In this document: positions 57,258-64,000 of the stretch, one piece after another
Numbering within the stretch: the stretch's first letter is position 1
Layout: each line of letters starts with the position of its first letter
Translations under genes and position numbers: made by a program
The notes under the pieces: model-generated
Told to the model about the DNA's origin: nothing
The model's database searches: none
The model's input: the letters and a program-made list of their open reading frames with translations, nothing else
NCBI GenBank assembly: GCA_001829315.1
Contig: MIAY01000001.1
Location: 136,927 to 200,926 of the forward strand
Direction: 5' to 3'
DNA length: 64,000 nt
DNA from: Spirochaetes bacterium GWE1_32_154
Lineage (GTDB): Bacteria; Spirochaetota; GWE2-31-10

Positions 57258-57345
57258 AGGAGAAAGAGGGATTTGAACCCCCGAATACAGAATGAAATCT
57301 GTATGATGTTTGTTACACCCGAATGAACCGCTCTCGCACATCCCC
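57258..57345 (-). ncRNA. tRNA-Ser-like class-II element with unresolved or disrupted anticodon arm. Either a tRNA pseudogene or the 5' (Alu-like) domain of a large SRP RNA.
   Basis: Acceptor GGGGATG/TTTCTCC, D-arm CGA-GAGCGGTTCAT-TCG, T-arm GGGGG-TTCAAAT-CCCTC, and a long hairpin arm ATACAGA-TTTCAT-TCTGTAT. No canonical 5-bp/7-nt anticodon stem-loop. Confidence 0.35.
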
Positions 57346-57358
57346 TAAAAGCGAAAAT

Positions 57359-57432
57359 CGAGCCTAAGAGGATTTGAACCTCCGGCCTTTAGATCCGCAA
57401 TCTAATGCTCTATCCAGCTGAGCTATAGGCTC
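57359..57432 (-). tRNA. tRNA-Arg, anticodon GCG as read
   Basis: Cloverleaf GAGCCTA-TA-GCTCAGCTGGATAGAGC-A-TTAGA-TTGCGGA-TCTAA-AGGCC-GGAGG-TTCAAAT-CCTCT-TAGGCTC-G. A20 in the D-loop is consistent with Arg. Confidence 0.7.
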
Positions 57433-57444
57433 TTGTTTTATTAT

Positions 57445-57532
57445 CGGAAAGTGGGGGATTTGAACCCCCGGTACGCTATTAACGCACACACGCTTTCCAA
57501 GCGTGCACCATCGACCACTCGGACAACTTTCC
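57445..57532 (-). tRNA. tRNA-Ser (anticodon GGA)
   Basis: Class II cloverleaf with anticodon arm CACGC-TTGGAAA-GCGTG, a long variable arm, and T-arm GGGGG-TTCAAAT-CCCCC. Confidence 0.8.
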
Positions 57533-57565
57533 ATTTAATGGACGATCGTAATTATGTAGTTAAAA

Positions 57566-57654
57566 CGGAGAGGAAGGGATTTGAACCCTTGGATCCGTAT
57601 AACCGGATCAACTCCTTAGCAGGGAGCCCGATTCGACCACTCTCGCACCTCTCC
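57566..57654 (-). tRNA. tRNA-Ser (anticodon GCT)
   Basis: Class II cloverleaf with anticodon arm GCTCC-CTGCTAA-GGAGT, a variable hairpin GATCCG-GTTATA-CGGATC, and a T-arm. Confidence 0.8.
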
Positions 57655-57670
57655 AAGAAGGATAAAAAAA

Positions 57671-57757
57671 CGGAGAGCTAGGGATTCGAACCCCAGGTAG
57701 CCTCGCGACCACAACGGTTTTCAAGACCGCCTCTTTCAACCACTCAGACAGCTCTCC
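57671..57757 (-). tRNA. tRNA-Ser (anticodon TGA)
   Basis: Class II cloverleaf with anticodon arm GCGGT-CTTGAAA-ACCGT and T-arm TGGGG-TTCGAAT-CCCTA. Confidence 0.8.
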
Positions 57758-57908
57758 AAAATTCTATGTGCTATGTTTAATAGTTTTTGATAAATTTGTC
57801 AAGATTTATTTTAATAATATCAAACAAATTTTATTAAAATCTTAATTTTTATGAATTAAGATTTTCCATTGTTTTTTTTACTTTCTTTAATTTATTTATT
57901 ATTTATTT

Positions 57909-57936
57909 TTGAGAATTGAAGTTTGTGTCGTATAAT
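57909..57936 (+). promoter_or_regulatory. Sigma-70-like promoter TTGAGA-16-TATAAT inside a 570-bp non-coding AT-rich region
   Basis: Hexamers read directly. The nearest downstream plus-strand gene starts about 390 nt away, at 58332. Confidence 0.35.
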
Positions 57937-58331
57937 ACTGAGTAGTTATTTTAATGTTACTATTGATAAATCAAAATATTTTAATTTTTTTTTAAATAAT
58001 TATTTCAGAAGGTTTTAATTTAGTAAATTGTTATTGAATCTTATATTTTATTTAGATTTGCTATTAAAAATAATATTAAAATGAAGCACTTGCAAAAATT
58101 TGAGATAAAATAATTTTTTTTATGAAAACTATGATTATGTTAATGTAGTTTTAGAATTGAATTTTAAAGTCATAATTATTTACTTCTTTCAAGACTTGTG
58201 ATAATATTATTTATGAAAAGAATAAGTTTGCAACTTTTTATAAATAATATTGTTTTTAGTATTAGAAGTAGTTTTTTGAAAAAAGCTCTAATGTAAAGCA
58301 ATATGAAGTTTTTGTTTAGTAGAATAATTGT

Positions 58332-59003
58332 ATGTTTCACGTGAAACATAAGGAGTTTTGTTTGTTTAAAAAAATAATTCTAAATGAAACGAATTCTGAA
58401 GAGTATTATGATATTCAAAATATAATTCATTCAATGGCTCAAGAAAGTATAACAAGTTTGAATCTTATTATAGAATCTTTGGAAATGAGAGATTTTGATT
58501 CAATAAAAATGATTGATACTATAAAGGAAGAATTAAATGATAACCAAATAATGATTGATTCTTTATTTTATAATTTATTATCAGGAACACATAAAATTGA
58601 CATTAATACTATTTGGCAATATGTATATATAGCAAGTGTTTATGAACATATTGGATGTGTATGTATATCTATAAGTAAGCATATTAAGCAAATTATAAAT
58701 TATATTGATAATGTAAATAAAGAAATATTAGATATTATTCTTTTTCTTAAAAGAATTCACAATTTATTATCTTTGTTATCAAAAAGTTTTTTTACAAAAA
58801 GAATAGATTTCTTTTTAAATGTTAATGATGAACTTTTTATTTTAACGAAATTTAAGGATTCAATTGTTAATTCAATTATTAATTGTATGAAAGGTGATCA
58901 GGGTTTGTTTCCTTTTTATACAGAATTAATTTTTATAGTCACAGGTGTTTTTCAAATAGGAACATATAGTATTGAAATTTATAATAGGATTAATTATGTG
59001 TGA
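58332..59003 (+). CDS. Hypothetical protein, possibly PhoU-like (DUF47/PhoU helical repeat)
   Basis: 223 aa, helical, with periodic acidic patterns (DIQNIIHSMAQESITSLNLIIESLEMRDFDSI). Weak assignment. Confidence 0.3.
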   Translation: MFHVKHKEFCLFKKIILNETNSEEYYDIQNIIHSMAQESITSLNLIIESLEMRDFDSIKMIDTIKEELNDNQIMIDSLFYNLLSGTHKIDINTIWQYVYIASVYEHIGCVCISISKHIKQIINYIDNVNKEILDIILFLKRIHNLLSLLSKSFFTKRIDFFLNVNDELFILTKFKDSIVNSIINCMKGDQGLFPFYTELIFIVTGVFQIGTYSIEIYNRINYV

Positions 59004-59550
59004 AAGAAATAAACTGTTTTTATTAGATTTAGCTCGAAATGTTATTCTAAAAAAAAATAAAGAAATTGATTTTGATAAATCATTTTTAGATGAGGATCTT
59101 CTTGAGAAAAGAGGGTGTTTTGTAACATTAACGATCGATGATAAACTTAGAGGTTGTGTTGGTTATATTTTACCGTATCTTCCATTATATAAAGCAGTAA
59201 TAGAAAATGCATATAATGCAGCTTATGGAGACTATCGATTTGAACCTCTTTCAGAAAATGAATATACTGCTATAAATATTGAGATAAGTATATTATCAAT
59301 ACCAGAGAATATACAATATGTTAATTTTGATGATTTGTTAAATCAAATTAATCCAGCTACTGATGGTTTGATTTTAAACCATCAGGGTTCATCAGCAACT
59401 TTTCTTCCTCAGGTTTGGACTCAATTACCTGATAAGGAAGATTTTTTATCCCAGCTTAGTTTGAAGGCTGGTTTAAAAAAAGACGCATGGAAAAGTAATG
59501 ATATGCAAGTGCAAAAATATAATGTTCAAATAATAAAAGATATAAAATAA
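58996..59550 (+). CDS. AMMECR1 domain protein
   Basis: LRGCVGYI motif and overall AMMECR1-like pattern (CFVTLTIDDKLRGCVGYILP). Start chosen at MCERNK, overlapping the upstream stop. Confidence 0.6.
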   Translation: MCERNKLFLLDLARNVILKKNKEIDFDKSFLDEDLLEKRGCFVTLTIDDKLRGCVGYILPYLPLYKAVIENAYNAAYGDYRFEPLSENEYTAINIEISILSIPENIQYVNFDDLLNQINPATDGLILNHQGSSATFLPQVWTQLPDKEDFLSQLSLKAGLKKDAWKSNDMQVQKYNVQIIKDIK

Positions 59551-59631
59551 ATTATTTTTTTTAAAAATATGTCGATATTTAATTATAATTATATTATAAT
59601 TGTTTATATAAATTTTTGGGAGGATTGTAGT

Positions 59632-59967
59632 ATGGGTGATTTACGATTAGAAGAAAGAATACCTGTTGATATTTTATCTGAAGAAATGAGAAATTTTATT
59701 TTTTCTTCAGGAATTTTTCATGAACATCAAGCTGTTTTAATAAATGCAAGCCGAAATGGTTTAAGTTTTATTGCTGATAATGTTGAGTATCAAAAGTATG
59801 AAATAGGTCAACAAATAAAAATTAAATTCTTTCCTCAAGATATTAATTTAAAAGCTAAAATTGTATATTTAATTAAGTTATCTGAAAATAGTGTTAAATT
59901 TGGTGTTAATTTTATTGGAGCTTCTGCATTGGATAATTTTCATAAATTATTAGATCAAAAAAAATAA
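59632..59967 (+). CDS. PilZ domain protein (c-di-GMP binding)
   Basis: N-terminal basic/RxxxR-like LRLEERIP and DxSxxG-like motif (INASRNGLSF). GGGAGG RBS before the ATG at 59632. Confidence 0.5.
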   Translation: MGDLRLEERIPVDILSEEMRNFIFSSGIFHEHQAVLINASRNGLSFIADNVEYQKYEIGQQIKIKFFPQDINLKAKIVYLIKLSENSVKFGVNFIGASALDNFHKLLDQKK

Positions 59968-59975
59968 TTTAGTAT

Positions 59976-60006
59976 CCGGCAAAAAAACTTTGCCGGTTTT
60001 TTTTTA
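59976..60006 (+). terminator. Rho-independent terminator
   Basis: ccggcaaaaaaactttgccgg followed by T10. Confidence 0.7.
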
Positions 60007-60033
60007 TTATATATAAAATGTTAGGTAGTATAA

Positions 60034-61683
60034 ATGACAGACTTACGAAATAAAATTGAAAATAAATTTGTAAAATATTTAATTTACATTATTTTAGGTG
60101 CTTTATGGTCATTATCAAATGTAGGTTATGTTAAGTATTTTGGTAGTGGTTTTGCTTTTTTTACATTGTCTTTTTTTATTTTCTTTATTCAAAAAGAAAA
60201 TATAAAGGTTGGAATGAAATACTCAATAGTATTTGGTTTTAGTGCTTATTTGGTTCATTTTTGGTGGATGTCAATTCCTATGACAATCGTTATGGGAAGT
60301 TCATTATTTCCCACTTATATATCTGCGATTGCATTATTTATAGGCGTTATTGTTACTTTATTTGTATCTTTGTTCCAGGCTTTTTATTATACAATTGTTT
60401 TCTTGGTTTCAAAATATATGTCTTTTAACAAAAAGATTTATTTTTATTTATCATTTGCATTATATGGTACTGTCTTAGATTATTTTTATCCTAAAATATG
60501 GGCTGATTTTTTAGGTTATTCTCAATTTAATAATCATTTATTAATTCAATCAGTCGATTTACTGGGCATTAGTTTAATTAGTATGATTATACTTTTGTTT
60601 AATGCAACGTTTGCATTCTTATATGATAGATTTTCTATGAATAAATCATTGACTTTACCACTAACGTTATTATGTTCTTTATTATTGATTGTGGCAGGAT
60701 TGAATTTCTATGGAAGTAAAAGAATATTGCATATAGAAACATTATCAAATAAAGCTAACAGTAAGTCAATTGCATTAATTCAAGGAAATAATTCAGGTTT
60801 AGATAAAAGAGATCCTGATCGATCAAGAAATATGATACGTGATTATAATGCATTAACGAAAACTATTTTAAATGAAAAACCTGATTTAGTTGTGTGGCCC
60901 GAATCAGCAATACCAATGTGGTTTTCTGATGATATTTTTGATTTTAGTTCAATAAAACATTTTAATCGCGTTCCTCTTTTGTTAGGAACTTTATATCGTC
61001 AATATACAGAAAATAGTTATAAAATTTTTAATTCACTAATTTTGATTGATGAAAATAACAATAAAAAAGATATTTATTTTAAAAATAAATTGTTACCATT
61101 TACTGAAGATGTGCCATTTGATTTTTTAGATTTCATTATGCCTTTAATTGGATTGAAAGAGTTTACAGCTGGAGATGGACCACGTATTTTGTCATCAGGT
61201 GAAATAAATGCAGCTGTAAATATTTGTTATGAAGCAATTATTCCTGATTATATAAGGAAATCAATAAAGATAAAAGATAGTAAAGCAAATGTAATTATTA
61301 ATGCAACAAATGATTCCTGGTTTGGTAAGACTATAGAACCGGAGATGCATTTACGTATTTCATCAATACGTTCTATAGAAAATAGAAGATATTTAGTTCG
61401 TGTTACTTGCACAGGTTATTCAGTTGTTGTAAATGCTCTTGGACATATAGAATATAGGTCAGGTTTATATGTTCCTGAAGCTCATGTTCATAAGGTTCCA
61501 CTTCTTGAAATTGATACAGTATATCAAAATGGTGGATGGTTATTTGTTTACATTTTTGGTTTGATATTGTTTGCATTATTACTAATTATTGTTTTAATCA
61601 AATATAGAATAAGATTGAATATTCTTAAAATTCAAAGTGAAATAAAGCATAAAGAGAAACTTATTAAATCATGGTTAAATTAA
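60034..61683 (+). CDS. lnt: Apolipoprotein N-acyltransferase
   Basis: N-terminal polytopic membrane domain plus a CN-hydrolase domain with the catalytic Cys region (NICYEAIIPDYIRK). 549 aa. Confidence 0.75.
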   Translation: MTDLRNKIENKFVKYLIYIILGALWSLSNVGYVKYFGSGFAFFTLSFFIFFIQKENIKVGMKYSIVFGFSAYLVHFWWMSIPMTIVMGSSLFPTYISAIALFIGVIVTLFVSLFQAFYYTIVFLVSKYMSFNKKIYFYLSFALYGTVLDYFYPKIWADFLGYSQFNNHLLIQSVDLLGISLISMIILLFNATFAFLYDRFSMNKSLTLPLTLLCSLLLIVAGLNFYGSKRILHIETLSNKANSKSIALIQGNNSGLDKRDPDRSRNMIRDYNALTKTILNEKPDLVVWPESAIPMWFSDDIFDFSSIKHFNRVPLLLGTLYRQYTENSYKIFNSLILIDENNNKKDIYFKNKLLPFTEDVPFDFLDFIMPLIGLKEFTAGDGPRILSSGEINAAVNICYEAIIPDYIRKSIKIKDSKANVIINATNDSWFGKTIEPEMHLRISSIRSIENRRYLVRVTCTGYSVVVNALGHIEYRSGLYVPEAHVHKVPLLEIDTVYQNGGWLFVYIFGLILFALLLIIVLIKYRIRLNILKIQSEIKHKEKLIKSWLN

Positions 61684-61783
61684 ATAATGTTAAGTATAAA
61701 CTAAGTTTTTTCTTGATAATAACCATTTAATTTGTTATAAATTGATATTATTGTGACCATACGGTCATTTTTTGGAGTTCAAT

Positions 61784-62758
61784 ATGGTAAGAATTGCAGG
61801 TACAGGACATTATGTTCCAGCCAAAGTTTTAAGTAATAATGATCTGGAAAAGATGGTTGATACAAATGATGAATGGATTATCCAAAGGACAGGTATCAAA
61901 AATAGACGAATTGTTGAAGATGAAGTTACGAGTGACCTTGCTACAAAAGCCGGCCAAAAAGCATTAGAAGCAGCAGGAATGAAACCTGAGGATATAGATT
62001 TAATAATATTAGGAACATCAACGCCCGATTATCATATACCTTCGTGTGCTCCAATAGTTCAGCACAAATTGGGTTGTCGAATGATCCCGGCATTTGATAT
62101 AAACTCTGTTTGTACGAGTTTTATGTGTGGACTTACTACAGCATATAGTATGATTGCGTCAGGGTTATATAAAAATTGTTTATTAATTGGTGCTGATACA
62201 TATTCAAAAATACTGAATTGGAAAGATAGAAATACATGTGTAATATTTGGTGATGGTGCCGGAGCGGTAGTGTTAGTTAAAGACGATAATGCCGGAAAAC
62301 TACTGAGTACTGATTTTGGTTCTGATGGAAGTGGTTCTGATTATATAAAAATTCCTGTTGGTGGAGTTGTTAATCCTATAAATAATTTTTACGGATACAA
62401 AGAGGAAGATTTGTTTTTTCAAATGGCCGGTAAAAAAGTGTACGAATTTACAATAAGTGTTGTTCCTGAAGCAGCAAGAAGAATGTTACGACAAGCAAAT
62501 CTTACTAATGAAACAATCGATCATGTAATTGTTCATCAGGCAAATGTTCGAATAATTGACACCATTTCAAAAATGGTTGATATAGATAGGAAAAAATTTA
62601 TTGTAAACATTGAAAAATATGGAAATACTTCTTCTGCATCTATTCCGATTGCATTAGATGAAGCTGTTAGACATAATATTATAAAAAAAGGTGAGACTGT
62701 TATGATGTTAGGTTTTGGTGGCGGTTTGAGTTGGGGTGGTGTAGTTTTTCAATGGTAA
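61784..62758 (+). CDS. fabH: 3-oxoacyl-ACP synthase III
   Basis: MVRIAGTGHYVPAKVLSNNDLEKMVDTNDEWIIQRTGIKNRR, active-site Cys region (INSVCTSF), and His/Asn motifs (VHQAN, GNTSSASIP). GGAG RBS. The ORF track start at 61772 is TTG. Confidence 0.9.
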   Translation: MVRIAGTGHYVPAKVLSNNDLEKMVDTNDEWIIQRTGIKNRRIVEDEVTSDLATKAGQKALEAAGMKPEDIDLIILGTSTPDYHIPSCAPIVQHKLGCRMIPAFDINSVCTSFMCGLTTAYSMIASGLYKNCLLIGADTYSKILNWKDRNTCVIFGDGAGAVVLVKDDNAGKLLSTDFGSDGSGSDYIKIPVGGVVNPINNFYGYKEEDLFFQMAGKKVYEFTISVVPEAARRMLRQANLTNETIDHVIVHQANVRIIDTISKMVDIDRKKFIVNIEKYGNTSSASIPIALDEAVRHNIIKKGETVMMLGFGGGLSWGGVVFQW

Positions 62759-62764
62759 TATATG

Positions 62765-62790
62765 AGAGTGGTTTTTACCACTCTTTTTTT
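62765..62790 (+). terminator. Rho-independent terminator after fabH
   Basis: agagtggt-tttt-accactct followed by T6. Confidence 0.7.
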
Positions 62791-62867
62791 ATTGGTAATT
62801 CAATTAGTAATTGACGAGAAAGTTTTTTTTTTATATTTTAAATTAAATATTTATATTGGAGAATTAA

Positions 62868-64000
62868 ATGGCAAAGAAACCTTATGTATTAATTATTAGA
62901 GATGGTTGGGGATATAATCCTGATTTTAGATACAATGCAGTATATAATGCAGAAACACCAAATCATGATAAATATGTTGAAGATTATCCGACTGTACTGA
63001 TTGTTCCATCAGGTGAAAATGTTGGTTTACCATCAGGTAATCAAGGATCGAGTGAAGTTGGACATTTAAATATGGGTGCCGGAAGAATTGTTTATCAATC
63101 ACTTGTTAAAATATCCAAAACCATAATAGATGGTGATTTTTTCAAAATGAAATCTTTTATTGACCCTATGATGAAAGTGAAGGAAAAAGGAAGTGTACTT
63201 CATATCTGGGGATTAGTTCAGGATCAGGGAGTTCATTCTCATAATGAACACTGTATAGCTTTGATTAAATTAGCTTCTCAATTAGGTTTAAAAAAAGAAC
63301 AAGTTTTAGTTCACGTTTTTTCAGATGGCCGGGATACACCACCAAAAAGTGTTGAAGGTTATGTAAAAGAATTAGATGATGCAATGAAAAAATTTGGTGT
63401 TGGTATTTTTGCTTCAGTAGTTGGTCGTTATTTCGCAATGGATAGAGATAATAATTATGAGAGAGTAAAATTGGCTTACGATATGTTAACTGAAGGTAAA
63501 GCAGATGGTCCTTTTGAAAATATTTACCAAGCAATTGAAAATGGTTATAATAAAGAAGAAAATGATGAATTTATAAAGCCTCGATTAATAAAAGGATTTA
63601 AACCGGTATCTGATAATGATACTGTTATTTTCTTTAATTATAGATTAGATAGAACAAGAGAGTTAACAAAAGCCTTTGTACAAGATGATTTTAAAGAATT
63701 TCCTGTGAAAAATATTAAGAATCTTGATTATGTATGTTTTGCCGAATATTATGATGGAGTTGCAAATTCAACTCGAGCAAAAGTAACGATAGCTTTTGGA
63801 AATGCAGACTTAACCAATTTATTTGGACAGTATTGTGCGGATAATGGTTTGAAACAATTAAGAATTGCCGAAACAGAAAAATTTGCCCATGTAACATTTT
63901 TCTTTAATGGTCAGTCAGATATTATTTTTAAAGACGAAGATAGAATTTTAGTTCCTTCACCAAAAGTAGCAACATACGATATGCAACCTGAGATGAGTGC
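62868..64000 (+). CDS. gpmI: 2,3-bisphosphoglycerate-independent phosphoglycerate mutase (partial; continues beyond the window)
   Basis: MAKKPYVLIIRDGWGYNPD...SSEVGHLNMGAGRIVYQSL with catalytic Ser and metal-binding motifs. GGAG RBS. No stop codon before the window end. Confidence 0.9.
   Translation, partial: MAKKPYVLIIRDGWGYNPDFRYNAVYNAETPNHDKYVEDYPTVLIVPSGENVGLPSGNQGSSEVGHLNMGAGRIVYQSLVKISKTIIDGDFFKMKSFIDPMMKVKEKGSVLHIWGLVQDQGVHSHNEHCIALIKLASQLGLKKEQVLVHVFSDGRDTPPKSVEGYVKELDDAMKKFGVGIFASVVGRYFAMDRDNNYERVKLAYDMLTEGKADGPFENIYQAIENGYNKEENDEFIKPRLIKGFKPVSDNDTVIFFNYRLDRTRELTKAFVQDDFKEFPVKNIKNLDYVCFAEYYDGVANSTRAKVTIAFGNADLTNLFGQYCADNGLKQLRIAETEKFAHVTFFFNGQSDIIFKDEDRILVPSPKVATYDMQPEMS

Noticed and set aside
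57258-57345. tRNA-Sec (selC) assignment for the Ser-like element because of a TCA triplet in its hairpin loop
   Set aside because: The hairpin loop is 6 nt, not 7. The acceptor/T architecture is 7/5, not 8/5. The D-arm has a 3-bp stem with a large loop, unlike the 6-bp/4-nt D-arm of tRNA-Sec. No selenoprotein machinery was seen in the window.
57758-58331. Prophage remnant, integration hotspot or CRISPR array downstream of the tRNA cluster
   Set aside because: There is no integrase or other phage ORF, no repeat-spacer periodicity, and no attachment-site-like duplication of a tRNA 3' end. It is simply an AT-rich intergenic region.

Overview
This is a low-GC (about 28-30% GC by eye) bacterial chromosomal window that spans the replication origin, gene-dense on both strands with standard genetic code. 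I found no CRISPR array, no recognisable IS/transposase genes and no prophage genes.

Origin region. An AT-rich oriC lies at 40495-40807, between a divergent pgeF/yfiH-like gene and dnaA. It is followed by co-directional dnaA-dnaN-recF-DUF721, and unusually the rpmH-rnpA-yidD-yidC-jag block sits immediately downstream on the same strand, then a hypothetical gene and radA. A second DnaA-box-like cluster lies just 3' of dnaA. The candidate box is a lineage variant, TTATTGACA, embedded in a 19-20 bp repeat present three times.

Other confident assignments (left to right):
- ABC-2 type transporter triad (ATPase plus two permeases)
- ecfT-ecfA-bioY-birA biotin ECF operon with a textbook BirA operator at the birA start
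- an XPB/ERCC3-type helicase with an overlapping 499-aa partner gene
- sui1/yciH, a sigma-70 family factor, and tyrS
- an orphan ParA/MinD-like ATPase, an aminotransferase and a flavin reductase
- a seven-gene anaerobe-type cluster (Mrp-NifX fusion, NifX-like, two MinD-ferredoxin ATPases, DUF5320, MBL hydrolase, DUF134 regulator)
- a Fe-ADH/ALDH/ArsR module, isochorismatase, a PaaK-like CoA ligase, and an HD-GYP phosphodiesterase with a periplasmic sensor
- a flavodoxin-like protein, a NeuB-family synthase, a ThrH-like phosphatase, a DUF95/SpoIIM membrane protein, OmpA, a Zn-ribbon methyltransferase, BI-1/YccA, prmA and pgeF
- two similar-architecture exported proteins followed by an orphan receiver plus an OmpR/histidine-kinase pair
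- recR, ybaB and dnaX
- an SRP RNA candidate and a tRNA cluster (Arg-GCG and three Ser isoacceptors, plus a degenerate Ser-like element)
- a PhoU-like protein, AMMECR1, PilZ, lnt, fabH and the start of gpmI

Observations most worth a second look:
- the bipartite oriC repeat architecture
- the XPB-partner operon
- the anaerobe metallocluster-like gene neighbourhood and its operator-like palindromes
- a 39-bp perfect palindrome flanked by 8-bp direct repeats (possibly MITE-like)
- a 14-bp perfect inverted repeat carrying extended -10 elements for two divergent promoters
- the ambiguous SRP RNA / tRNA-Ser-like element upstream of dnaX

All coordinates are from manual reading and ORF-track translation; no database search was run.
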